NCBI GenBank assembly: GCA_000146465.1
Contig: CP001946.1
DNA: 64,000 nucleotides
Strand: one strand, 5' to 3'
Positions 40,174 through 49,449 of the stretch are shown here, piece after piece; the stretch's first letter is position 1; every line of letters starts with the position of its first letter. Below the pieces are notes generated by a model. The model ran no database searches. It saw nothing but the letters and a program-made list of their open reading frames with translations, and was not told where the DNA came from. The position numbers and the translations under genes are program-made.

Positions 40174-40683
40174 CTACAAGTTTTTTGACAAGTGAAGTCT
40201 ACTAAATATACTTTCCACAGGCTTCTTCTTTTCTAAACTGCTAAACTTATCCTCTAGATAGTCTTCTGTAGAGTTTTTTTGAGGTTCTACCTTTAGATCT
40301 GGAAGGGATGGTGATGCTTCTAGATCGATATCCGAAGAAAAGTCTCTTTCCTCAATACTTGTGGAATCATCAACAACTATAATATAGCTTTTGGTAGGAC
40401 TAGCAGAGAACTTTTCAATAAGCCAGACTGCGGAATTTATCACGTCTCTACTCCATAGGATAGTTTTGGAATGAACCTTTTTGGCCTCTTCCAAGGCATT
40501 CATAGGCACAAAGTTCCCATCCACCACAAGTATGTCGCAAGGGGAAATTGCCTTTACATTGTTTGTAAAATGGATATGAGTGTACGAAAGCTTCATTTGG
40601 GTGTTCTGAAGCAGAGTATTTCCGATAAACATTGTAGGAGGAAAGCTCATAGGAGAACTATATGTTACTATTCTTACTGCCAT
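40174..40683 (-). CDS. Hypothetical protein (169 aa)
   Basis: ORF convergent with MRE11. No recognisable motif. Confidence 0.35.
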   Translation of the reverse strand: MAVRIVTYSSPMSFPPTMFIGNTLLQNTQMKLSYTHIHFTNNVKAISPCDILVVDGNFVPMNALEEAKKVHSKTILWSRDVINSAVWLIEKFSASPTKSYIIVVDDSTSIEERDFSSDIDLEASPSLPDLKVEPQKNSTEDYLEDKFSSLEKKKPVESIFSRLHLSKNL

Positions 40684-40765
40684 GGATTAATTGTTTATGG
40701 GTATCATTTATCTTCAAAATCTGGAACCTGATGGAAAGTATAGTGGGAGGAAAGAATGCCCCCAA

Positions 40766-43642
40766 ATGCTTGGGTTTGTGGCTGGCTTTATAGTAGGACT
40801 TCTGTCTTTTCCGATGATCTATTGCCTGTTCCCGAGAGCTGTTGTTGAAGTTAACAAGAAAAAGATGGTAAGGATAAGCAACAAGAGTAAAGGAATTGAG
40901 ATTAGTGATGAACAAATGAAAACAGTGATTAGAAGTATGCACAGATGCAGAGACACCCACTGGATCAATGCTGTTATTCAAAGACTTTATATGGAGGTTT
41001 CGAAGTCGTATGCTATTGAAGCCAAGATCAAGTCTATTATATTGAAAAGATTTGAGATGTCGGGAATTAGGAAATACTTCAAATCCATTGATGTCATTGA
41101 AGTGGTTTTAGGTGAGGAGGCACCATACATAGAAAACATCCAAGTTGTTTCCGACGACGACATACACAAAATGATCTTCTTAGAAGGACGGAAGTATGAA
41201 GATTGCGAAGAAGAGAAGTTATTCCATCTTGAAGAAGAGATCAAAAAGAGTTTGGAGATCGAAGGTATAATACCTGAAGAAAGGTGCGAATGCCCGATCG
41301 ACTCAGATGAAAGTGTTCCACTTGAGGAAGTGGAAAATAGTGGTGTGGAAACAAAGACAGACAACAGGAAGAAGTGTGTATCAGAATTATCTACAAAGCT
41401 TGTTGAGGATTGCCTCACTTCTCAAGACAGAGAAACAAGTAGGATGGTGTTTTCACAGAAAGTTTTTGAGAATCTCCAGGTTCTTCTGGGAATCAGATAC
41501 AAGGGAGGAGCTCAGATCTCCCTCAGTTTAGAGCTTCCTAAGAGAATAAATCTCAAGACAACGATATTTATCAAAGGAATGAAAGGAGATGTTCTTGTTC
41601 GAGTGCCTTCAAAAGACTACGATACAAGATATGAGTACTGCTTTTTGTTCAACCCGACTCTTTCAGTGGCTGTAGAATCGGGAATATCTGGAGAGATAGG
41701 AAAGCTTTACTTCCGGAAGTCGATTTCAAACTTCATAGAAAGATATATAAGGCATCTCATAGCGAGGACGATGGTCTATCCATCATGGAACGGGCAATAT
41801 CTTCCCTTTGTTGTTCCTCCGATCAAGGATGTAGTGCATAGAATAGAAAAGGTGACCTTAGAAAACCATGCCATACATCTTCCACAGATAGTGGAGAATA
41901 TTCTTCTCTACTCGTCAATGGATTACAAGATTGTAGAGGTTGATGGGGAAGTAGTATATAGAAGGACAGGATATTTTATCAATGAAAAGGAAAGGATATT
42001 TTGCACACACTTTCCTATTCCTAAGACATCACTTAAGATATCTCATTTTGTAGGAAAGAACAGACTTTTCAAGGGCCTAACACTGCAGGAAAGCAAAATC
42101 ATGAGCCAACTATATAGCTGGGGTGCCTTTACCAATGTGATTTCTAGGTTTCAGGAGTTGAAGATGAAGACCATCCTCACGCCTACCTCTTCTTTGGTTG
42201 AGCTTGAGTTTGAAAACATAAGATATGAATTCATAAGAGTAATTGTGAAAAACACTTTAGTTTTCCAGAGAAACGATCCAAAGAGCCCGGAATTCATTGT
42301 ATTTAAAATAGCCGATGAGGTTCTTTACATTTACCAATATGTGACCACAAAGCATTTCATGATGACCAAGAGAAGAATATGGAAGCTGAGGAAGAAGCTA
42401 GATTCTAAGCCGTTCACTGTTCTCGGATCTGTTTCTCTCTACAAGCTAATCAAGTTCTCCAAAAGAATGATGCTTGATCATCTTCGAAAGCCTTTGAGCG
42501 AAGTTGTTGAGGAATCTACAGATTCTCTTTCTGTTGAGAAAAACTCGGATACAAAAACAGAATTGATTGAGATATTTGAGGACATAAAAGAGACCTTTTC
42601 CGATGAAAAGTATCACCAGAAGAAAATGTGTTCAAAAGCATCTTCCGAGTCGATCTACAGGGTCCTCTCTTTGGACGAAGTTCGAACCAAGCTATTCTCC
42701 GAGAACTGTGGAATATACACGGTCATCAACGAGGCAGACAACATTCGCAGCATTGTCATCGAGAGTAGACTGCAAAGTGGAAGTAGTGAGTTTTCTTCTC
42801 AAGGAAACACACAACCGGATATCACTATGGAGATAGAAGAGGATTTTATAATTCATTCTTATTTTGGAGAAGATATGATTATCGATTTGAGGTTTGGAAG
42901 GGAAAAGGAGATTCTGATATATAGAATAAGAAGGATGGAAGAAAACTCATATGGATACAGCTCAAAAGTAGTTCTTTATTATAGCAAATCTATGAACCTT
43001 AACTTTCCGAATTACTTTATAGAGGCTTTCCAACTGAGAATAAGACAGGATGAATATTTGATGATTGCAGCCCAGCATTTGTACTCCACATCCTTCCTGG
43101 AAAAGGAATTCCGGAAGGTGGTGGAGATTGGTAAGGGAGCTCTCTATATCGAGTTCTATACCGATGTTCCCGACGATTATTCCTTCACAGTTTATGGGGC
43201 CTCTGGAGATTCTGTGTATAGTATATACAAGGTAATTACGTCCCGGAAGGCGAGAATAATCCTCCCCACCGTAAAAGAAAAAGAGGTGTTTACTATTGTC
43301 CTTACTCCGAAGTTTAATAGAAACAGGAAAATCCACTACAAGATTGTATCTCTTCCCGAGGAGTTTTCTACCGAGGTTCTGGTTGACTGCAATGTCGGGC
43401 TATCCAAAAACATGAAGTTTTATTGTCCTGTGTTTGGGAGAACAGATTCGGTAATATTCTGGGAAAAAGGAGACGACAACGAGATCAAGGGATACATAGA
43501 GAATAGTGACACAAAAATAATGATATCAAGGAGTGGAACCATGAGGACAGAGAACAGGGAATATAATATCTACTATAAAAACAAAGGAGAGAAAAAGAGA
43601 GATATAAAGATATTCCTTGGAATAAGTCTGAGAAGAACATAG
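40766..43642 (+). CDS. Large membrane-anchored SMP-domain lipid-transfer protein (tricalbin/Tex2/Nvj2-like)
   Basis: The N-terminal TM LGFVAGFIVGLLSFPMIYCLF is followed by RCRDTHWINAVIQRLYMEV, which resembles the SMP-domain start E...WLN..L...W. A long, poorly conserved C-terminal region follows. The alternative start at 40691 would leave a 7-bp divergent spacer. Confidence 0.5.
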   Translation: MLGFVAGFIVGLLSFPMIYCLFPRAVVEVNKKKMVRISNKSKGIEISDEQMKTVIRSMHRCRDTHWINAVIQRLYMEVSKSYAIEAKIKSIILKRFEMSGIRKYFKSIDVIEVVLGEEAPYIENIQVVSDDDIHKMIFLEGRKYEDCEEEKLFHLEEEIKKSLEIEGIIPEERCECPIDSDESVPLEEVENSGVETKTDNRKKCVSELSTKLVEDCLTSQDRETSRMVFSQKVFENLQVLLGIRYKGGAQISLSLELPKRINLKTTIFIKGMKGDVLVRVPSKDYDTRYEYCFLFNPTLSVAVESGISGEIGKLYFRKSISNFIERYIRHLIARTMVYPSWNGQYLPFVVPPIKDVVHRIEKVTLENHAIHLPQIVENILLYSSMDYKIVEVDGEVVYRRTGYFINEKERIFCTHFPIPKTSLKISHFVGKNRLFKGLTLQESKIMSQLYSWGAFTNVISRFQELKMKTILTPTSSLVELEFENIRYEFIRVIVKNTLVFQRNDPKSPEFIVFKIADEVLYIYQYVTTKHFMMTKRRIWKLRKKLDSKPFTVLGSVSLYKLIKFSKRMMLDHLRKPLSEVVEESTDSLSVEKNSDTKTELIEIFEDIKETFSDEKYHQKKMCSKASSESIYRVLSLDEVRTKLFSENCGIYTVINEADNIRSIVIESRLQSGSSEFSSQGNTQPDITMEIEEDFIIHSYFGEDMIIDLRFGREKEILIYRIRRMEENSYGYSSKVVLYYSKSMNLNFPNYFIEAFQLRIRQDEYLMIAAQHLYSTSFLEKEFRKVVEIGKGALYIEFYTDVPDDYSFTVYGASGDSVYSIYKVITSRKARIILPTVKEKEVFTIVLTPKFNRNRKIHYKIVSLPEEFSTEVLVDCNVGLSKNMKFYCPVFGRTDSVIFWEKGDDNEIKGYIENSDTKIMISRSGTMRTENREYNIYYKNKGEKKRDIKIFLGISLRRT

Positions 43643-43693
43643 AATTGGTAAAAGCCATAGCTTTATTATATTTTCCATATTCTTGGATTGAAA

Positions 43694-44119
43694 TCAACCG
43701 ACCTGGGTTTGGGCTTGCAGGGCTTGGATCTCTTCTCTAAGATCCCAGAAGTTGACTTGTGTCAGTTCTTCTGCTATTTCTGGAGATTTGAGCCCTATCA
43801 TTGTAATGTTTTCCCCTCTCACTATAAATAACTCGTGTTTCCTTTCTCCGTATTTTCCATCATGGAATATCCTCTCTATAACTTTGTCGAGTGTTATGCT
43901 ATTAAATTGATCAAAGGACTTCATTACGCCGTAAAGGTATCTCCCATCTCGGAGCATGACAACAACTTCCTGTTCCAAATACTTCTCGTAGTCCCTTGTA
44001 TTGTCAAAATCTTCATCCAGCATCTCAAGGCCAAGAAGGAAGAAGAAATTAAAACTCCAAAACCGTCCTGAAGCATTAAATCGTTTTATTGATGGATATA
44101 TAGGTTTTCTTAGGAGCAT
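43694..44119 (-). CDS. LSM1: Sm-like protein Lsm1
   Basis: Sm1/Sm2 motifs VVVMLRDGRYLYGVMKSFDQFNSITLDKVIERIFHDGKYGERKHELFIVRGENITMIG match Lsm1 (ERIHVGKKYGDIPRGIFVVRGENVVLLG). Confidence 0.8.
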   Translation of the reverse strand: MLLRKPIYPSIKRFNASGRFWSFNFFFLLGLEMLDEDFDNTRDYEKYLEQEVVVMLRDGRYLYGVMKSFDQFNSITLDKVIERIFHDGKYGERKHELFIVRGENITMIGLKSPEIAEELTQVNFWDLREEIQALQAQTQVG

Positions 44120-44680
44120 TCAAACATAGTTGAAGTCGTCGGCCACTCCGTTGAACTCGTCGATCTTCTTCTTGATCTTGGACTCGTCGACCCAAGACAC
44201 AAAGTCCTCCATGGCTTTACTTATAATTGTTGAGGGATCGTAAACAACCTTCGACCCAAGCCTAACATGGCCATGCTCAACAAATCTCGTGGCGTCCTTG
44301 AAATTGGGGACCATTCTGATTCTCTTCATAACCATCGGCAACCGTCTCTCACAGAATGAAGAAACAGTTACTTTAGTACAGTCCACAAGCTTTCTATTTT
44401 TGATGATTCCAATACTGTATAGCTTCCCTACAAGCTTCTTGGTTACATTTGCCCTAATGAGATCGTTTTCGGGAAGTTTTGCTAATTTCTCGGCCAGCTT
44501 CCGTATCTTCCCTACTATTCTGTTATATCTCACATACTCCTCTCTGTCCCGCAGACAGTACTTTACAATAGCAAGGTGTTCAAGCGATGTGTTTGTGTTC
44601 TTCCACTCGAGGAAGTTGACTTTCTTCAGAAGCTTCTTTTCATGGAATTTCAGCTCTCTCATGGGCTTTCCATCCTTCAA
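44120..44680 (-). CDS. IMP3: U3 snoRNP protein Imp3 (ribosomal S4/S9 fold)
   Basis: LKFHEKKLLKKVNFLEWK...SSFCERRLPMVMKRIRM...VEHGHVRLG...SKAMEDFVSWVDESKIKKKIDEFN...DDF aligns along the whole length with Imp3. Confidence 0.9.
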   Translation of the reverse strand: MKDGKPMRELKFHEKKLLKKVNFLEWKNTNTSLEHLAIVKYCLRDREEYVRYNRIVGKIRKLAEKLAKLPENDLIRANVTKKLVGKLYSIGIIKNRKLVDCTKVTVSSFCERRLPMVMKRIRMVPNFKDATRFVEHGHVRLGSKVVYDPSTIISKAMEDFVSWVDESKIKKKIDEFNGVADDFNYV

Positions 44681-44740
44681 AGTAAAACTATTCTAAAGTC
44701 AAGAAACAGAGTAGCATTATTTAGACAGAAACAGAATTTA

Positions 44741-45277
44741 TTATTTATCAAATACTTCGGCAATAAAATGGTCAAACAACACTACTTCCTGTTCCCGGCA
44801 GTCCTCCGTACTAATCGGAGAAAAGTGGAGTGTTTGGCTATACTTCTCATTGCCATTCGAGCAAACACCAGGATGGTTTCTACCGCTGGAGGCTGGAGTC
44901 ATCCTGAACGTTGGGGACTGGGGAGTGTACTCTTCGGATACACTTGCACTTTCAAAGGCAGAAGTGGATATAAATGCATCAAGCTTCTTATAGTTTGAGT
45001 TGTCTTTTGCAAACTCCCTGTGCTCAAACTCTTTTATGTGTTCTTCATAATTGCTGAACCTGGTGTAGCAAATTTCACAAAAGCCTTCCCGAGTATGGCG
45101 GCGTTTGTTTGATTGTTTGTACTTCTTGGTGGCCTGGAAAGGACAGCATAGAGTTGGGCTGTCCAGGTGAAGTTTTGGGGCATCTGAGTTAACGTATTCC
45201 TTGTAGAACGGTTGGAACTTGTTCTTAAAGTCCTCTATAAGAACATAAGGCTTCTTGAATACTTTGTAGCTCTTCAT
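44741..45277 (-). CDS. Minimal Dbf4-type zinc-finger protein (Cdc7 regulatory subunit motif C only)
   Basis: REGFCEICYTRFSNYEEHIKEFEHREFAKDNSNYKKLDAF matches the zf-DBF (Dbf4 motif C) CCHH consensus GYCE.C...Y..L..H..S..H..FA....NY..LD. Confidence 0.65.
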   Translation of the reverse strand: MKSYKVFKKPYVLIEDFKNKFQPFYKEYVNSDAPKLHLDSPTLCCPFQATKKYKQSNKRRHTREGFCEICYTRFSNYEEHIKEFEHREFAKDNSNYKKLDAFISTSAFESASVSEEYTPQSPTFRMTPASSGRNHPGVCSNGNEKYSQTLHFSPISTEDCREQEVVLFDHFIAEVFDK

Positions 45278-45410
45278 TTCTTGACACTCTTCATACTTTT
45301 CTTTATTATTTTTCTCTTTTTGGCGGGAATCTCAGAAATTCACATTCCATTGACTTAAATACCAAAACAAATCTCAAAAAGGCAAAAATCAAAGAAAAAA
45401 GTTCTTTTTA

Positions 45411-46109
45411 CTATTTAGCATGGACTTCTTCAAGACATCTTAGGACCTCTTCCTGCGCAAGGAATCTCTTACAGTCTTTAGAAAAGTGCAGGATCTCCAT
45501 CCTATCCCCTTCTTTTGGCCCCAGCTCTCGAATCCTTCCAAGAAGCTTTAATATTTCAATTGTTGCTGTATTCATATCCATCTCTTCCTCCGGCAAATCG
45601 TTCTTAAGCCCTCCGTTAACAGCTTCTTCGTTCTCTCCATAACACATTCCTTTCCATCTGTTTAATGTCCCACTTGGATCTGTGGAAAACAGGGTATACT
45701 CTCCGTTTACTATTCCTGCGTACAGGAAGGACACTCCAAAGGGCCGTGTCCCAGCATATTGAGTGAATGCTTGTTTTCTTTGCCCAATTGCCTTGCATAA
45801 GGTTGTAAGAGGACATTGTACTCCAAGCTTTTCTAGAACTTCCTGAGCTTTCAGCTGTGCATATCTCTTGAGTCTCATTGCATCTCCAAACAACCCAGAT
45901 AGTGCACAATAAATATCATCACTCAGCTGGTAAATCTTTTCCATCGGCCCATTTGTAGGCTCTTTATTTATTCCTATGAGAACAATACCATCTGTACACA
46001 CATACCCAATTATTGTTCCTGCCTTAGACACATTCTTGATTGCAAACTCCACCTGGGGCAGCCTGCCTTCGTCCGTAAATGTGTTGGACTTGGGTTTGTT
46101 GTCCTCCAT
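45411..46109 (-). CDS. 20S proteasome alpha-type subunit
   Basis: The N-terminal FTDEGRLPQVEFAIKNV...GTIIGY is the alpha-subunit signature (Y..EGRL.QVEYA). Confidence 0.85.
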   Translation of the reverse strand: MEDNKPKSNTFTDEGRLPQVEFAIKNVSKAGTIIGYVCTDGIVLIGINKEPTNGPMEKIYQLSDDIYCALSGLFGDAMRLKRYAQLKAQEVLEKLGVQCPLTTLCKAIGQRKQAFTQYAGTRPFGVSFLYAGIVNGEYTLFSTDPSGTLNRWKGMCYGENEEAVNGGLKNDLPEEEMDMNTATIEILKLLGRIRELGPKEGDRMEILHFSKDCKRFLAQEEVLRCLEEVHAK

Positions 46110-46258
46110 GTTCAGGGTCTTATTTTAGGGATGATTTCTTCAATCGATGGAATGGACTCTCACAAGATTGTTGTTTCACTTTTAATGGGGAGTTTGGATG
46201 GCATAAGGCTTGGAGTTTTTGCTAAAACCCAGAGGTATACAGGCTTACCCATCTATAT

Positions 46259-46768
46259 ATGAAAAACCTATTTGACAAGCTGGAAATAAGCTCTTCGTGC
46301 TGTCTCGGAAAGAAAGACAAAAAAGATATAAACAGGCAGCTAGGCCGAGAGATATTGGGCAAGACCGAAGGATATATGCTTCATAAGTGTAGAAATAGAG
46401 CATCTGTGATATCTCGGGAGGGATTGGCAATTTTGTTCTGTTTCAACAAGAAGTACTTTCCAACAATACAATATCTTGAAAAACACAGCAACGAAGAGTT
46501 TCATGAAGTATTTTTAGACGATGGGGCGCTTGGGCCTTTAAGTAGAGGAGCAGATGTCATGATCCCGGGTATACTTAAATACAAAGATCTGGTGAAAGGA
46601 GACTTTGAAGAAGGAGATAGTGTTGTTATACGGATTCTTGGGAAGTCTATTGTGGGTATTGGAGAGGCGGTTGTAAGCTTTAAAGACATGGCCAAGAAGG
46701 GTAACGGAATAGGGATTGAAGTATATCACCGAATTGGAGATGAGCTATACAACGAGAAATGTCTCTAG
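46259..46768 (+). CDS. MCTS1/Tma20 translation reinitiation factor (DUF1947 + PUA)
   Basis: The C-terminal KKGNGIGIEVYHRIGDELY matches MCT-1 (NKGIGIENIHYLNDGLW). The PUA-like LSRGADVMIPGI is present. Confidence 0.75.
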   Translation: MKNLFDKLEISSSCCLGKKDKKDINRQLGREILGKTEGYMLHKCRNRASVISREGLAILFCFNKKYFPTIQYLEKHSNEEFHEVFLDDGALGPLSRGADVMIPGILKYKDLVKGDFEEGDSVVIRILGKSIVGIGEAVVSFKDMAKKGNGIGIEVYHRIGDELYNEKCL

Positions 46769-46834
46769 GAAATCAATAAATGTTTCTCTTGAGGATGAAG
46801 AGAAAGGATATATACTTGACTTGTGAAGCGAACA

Positions 46835-46950
46835 GTTGCGGCCATATCCACGGAAAAGCACCGGAACTCGTCAGATCTCCGCAGTTAAGCCTGTGCGAGC
46901 CCGGATAGTACTGAGGCGGGAGACCACTCGGGAATCCCGGGTGCTGCAAC
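46835..46950 (+). rRNA. 5S ribosomal RNA
   Basis: GTTGCGGCCATATCCACGGAAAAGCACCG...CAGTTAAGC...GGGAGACC...GGGTGCTGCAAC is near-identical in its conserved blocks to eukaryotic 5S (compare yeast GGTTGCGGCCATATCTACCAGAAAGCACCG...GGTGCTGCAAT). The terminal helix I pairs GTTGCGG with CTGCAAC. The sequence is about 116 nt. Confidence 0.93.
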
Positions 46951-46955
46951 TTTTT
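46951..46955 (+). terminator. Oligo-T Pol III terminator directly after 5S rRNA
   Basis: TTTTT immediately after the 3' end of the 5S helix I. Confidence 0.8.
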
Positions 46956-47026
46956 GCAGAAATTCTTTTTATGGAAAACTCAGCCTGGCCTGGCAAGAGA
47001 AGGGTCCGGTACTAAAAATTGTCTTT

Positions 47027-48151
47027 TTATTTACTGAAGGATCGAGTATCTGCATTAACAACCTCTGTAAATGTGTATCCAGGAGACACCTTGCAGTTTA
47101 TAAGCACACTCCCAGGAAGGATTGTGGCTCCCATTCCAATTATAGAGCCTTCAATGTGTGATCCATGTCCAATCGAGACACTGGACATTACAATTGATGA
47201 TATTATTTTTGACTCTTCCCCGATATCACAATCCCTTCCAATTATCGAGTCAAGAAGAAGCACATTTCCTGTCTTTGTGTTGTTGTCAATCACATTACTT
47301 AGGTCCTTGAGGTTATACTTCTTCACATAGTCTTTTATGAATTTGGCATTTGATTCGCTTGTTTTAAGTTTCTTATCGGTACTAATTGAATGTCTTTTGA
47401 GCAGAGCGTTTACGCTTAAATAATTACTTATGCTTCTTATCTGATAGATGTAACTCTTCCCAGGCCTATGAATTCCAACAGGATTTGTCAAGGCCAGGTT
47501 CTTCACAACATTTGGAAGAAGATCATGCTTAAAGCTGAAATAATCCGGCTTGAACATCTTGAACAGCGAAGTCTTGAGCATGTAGAACTGGAGGATGTCA
47601 AGATCTTTCGTAAGAGTTAGACCCTTCTTCAATAGATGGAAGGGAATCTCTTCGTTACAGTCGTTTGAATAAAACATCAAGTCGTCCCCTTTGTATCCTA
47701 GAATAGATGTTTCTGATACAGCATTTCCTAGAATCACCATGAGTGCTTTCTTACTGTCGAAGTAGTGAAATGCCATTGCCTGAATGTCCATGTTGGTTAC
47801 AATATCTCCTTTGCACACAAGAACATCATTAGATGTTATCCTTGGATATAAACTTAAGAGAGACGCAACTGTTCCATCGTATGTGTCGATCCCCACATAT
47901 TCTACCGGTACATCGATATCTTCTCCCAAAGCACTCATGAGATCTTCCTTTTCCTCATTCAGCCCAACCACAAAAAACCTTTTTGAGACGCTCTTTAGGC
48001 ACTCCATTGTATGTAGAATCATTGGGCTATTCATGATTGGGAGGCATGCCTTTGAAAACTTCTCATTCACTATTGGAAACAGCTCTGTCCCAGGACCTAT
48101 CAAGATTATTATCTCAAACATATGAGAATAGGGGATGGAAAATGAATCCAA
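47027..48151 (-). CDS. Nucleotidyltransferase + left-handed beta-helix protein (mannose-1-phosphate guanylyltransferase / eIF2B-gamma family)
   Basis: The N-terminal IILIGPGTELFPI...KACLPIMNSPMILHTMECL resembles the GMPP ILVGG.GTRL.PLT...KPLV.F.N.PMILHQIEAL, with a degenerate G-rich loop. The C-terminal hexapeptide repeats are IGRDCDIGEESKI...IGHGSHIEGSIIGMGATI. Confidence 0.6.
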   Translation of the reverse strand: MDSFSIPYSHMFEIIILIGPGTELFPIVNEKFSKACLPIMNSPMILHTMECLKSVSKRFFVVGLNEEKEDLMSALGEDIDVPVEYVGIDTYDGTVASLLSLYPRITSNDVLVCKGDIVTNMDIQAMAFHYFDSKKALMVILGNAVSETSILGYKGDDLMFYSNDCNEEIPFHLLKKGLTLTKDLDILQFYMLKTSLFKMFKPDYFSFKHDLLPNVVKNLALTNPVGIHRPGKSYIYQIRSISNYLSVNALLKRHSISTDKKLKTSESNAKFIKDYVKKYNLKDLSNVIDNNTKTGNVLLLDSIIGRDCDIGEESKIISSIVMSSVSIGHGSHIEGSIIGMGATILPGSVLINCKVSPGYTFTEVVNADTRSFSK

Positions 48152-48197
48152 TTGGTCTCTCCATGGCTAAGTCAAGGAAGGAATTCTCGGTTCTATA

Positions 48198-49424
48198 ATG
48201 TGTAGGAAGACTAAGGGAGTGTTCCTTTTGTTCTTTTCTGTAAGACTTGGCATAATGCTTTGGGAGGTTAGATTTCAGCACCTCTATTCCTCATATCTGG
48301 AAAGAGGACTGCCATGGTTTAAGCCAGATACTTTGACAGGAAAGATGGCTACTGATGGAAGATTGTTTGGCGATGCACAGCTCAAAGCTTCAAACCTTAG
48401 GCTCAAAAGCCTGTATAAAGAGATGAAAGCTCTTGTGCTGTACATGGGAGTTGTATTCTTGATATTCAACAACAAGATCCGAAGCAAAGCAATCAGGTTG
48501 TTGGGATTTCTTTGGATACCCAATTCAGAAGTAATGTTCCTATTACTTCTGATTTCCACAATTACCTTTATAGAGAAACTCTGTGGTGTAGGGCTCACAC
48601 TAGTAGAAGGCACGTGCAGTGTGAGATATATAGAGTATCCGTTTAATATGGTAGTTTTATTTCTTGTAGAGCTCCCACTCACAATATGCCTCATAATAAA
48701 GCTTTTTGAGCTCCTGAGGAAAAAGACTATGGCGACATTCTATGCTGCCTTTGTAATAAGCAACTTATTCAACACCTTTTGGAATGCAAGGATAGATAAG
48801 AACAGGCTAACCAAGGTTCCTCTTGAGAAGTTTCCGTCGAAACTACAAGCGATGCTTAAGTCCGAGGGACTGGAAGAATCGATCTACAAAGTTAAAGGCA
48901 CCCAAGAGAAAAAAAATGCATCTCTGATTGGATTTAGCAGCTTTAAAAGAATTGAAATAACCGGAGACTTTGACAAAGATCCAAAAAAACTATATCCTGT
49001 CCTGTTCCATGAAATAGGCCATTCGATTGATAACATTATACTAAAGAAAAAGATTATTATACACATAATAGTGGGATGCGAGGCGTTAGCATTTTGGTTG
49101 ATTTATGTAAAAGGAAGCAAGGCTTTTGGATTTTCAGACATAACGTCCGAGTCATTTGTCTTGATCATTCTTGCCATGTATCTGGTTCTTGGAAGGACTT
49201 TGATCCTTATCCCTTTAAATATGTATGTGCAGCGTTCGGAGTTATTTGCCGATGAAATTGCATTGGCAAACGGACATGGAAAAGAGCTTTCTCAAACACT
49301 GTTTGACATGGCTTTAGAGCACAGCACAGTTATTGATACGACATATCTTTTCAATGCGATAGCATCGTTACATCCTATTGTTAGAGAAAGAATCGATAGA
49401 TGTGGAAGTCTCCTGCAGAAATAG
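48198..49424 (+). CDS. Ste24-like M48 zinc metalloprotease (CAAX prenyl protease 1 family), paralog A
   Basis: Multi-TM protein. NASLIGFSSFKRIEI matches the Ste24 SNAYF.G....KRIVL. HExxH is LFHEIGHS, the downstream SRSELFADE corresponds to Ste24 EFQAD, and the C-terminal SLHPIVRERI corresponds to Ste24 SHPPL.ERI. Confidence 0.75.
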   Translation: MCRKTKGVFLLFFSVRLGIMLWEVRFQHLYSSYLERGLPWFKPDTLTGKMATDGRLFGDAQLKASNLRLKSLYKEMKALVLYMGVVFLIFNNKIRSKAIRLLGFLWIPNSEVMFLLLLISTITFIEKLCGVGLTLVEGTCSVRYIEYPFNMVVLFLVELPLTICLIIKLFELLRKKTMATFYAAFVISNLFNTFWNARIDKNRLTKVPLEKFPSKLQAMLKSEGLEESIYKVKGTQEKKNASLIGFSSFKRIEITGDFDKDPKKLYPVLFHEIGHSIDNIILKKKIIIHIIVGCEALAFWLIYVKGSKAFGFSDITSESFVLIILAMYLVLGRTLILIPLNMYVQRSELFADEIALANGHGKELSQTLFDMALEHSTVIDTTYLFNAIASLHPIVRERIDRCGSLLQK

Positions 49425-49449
49425 TAACTAAAATATCCCATATTTAGGA

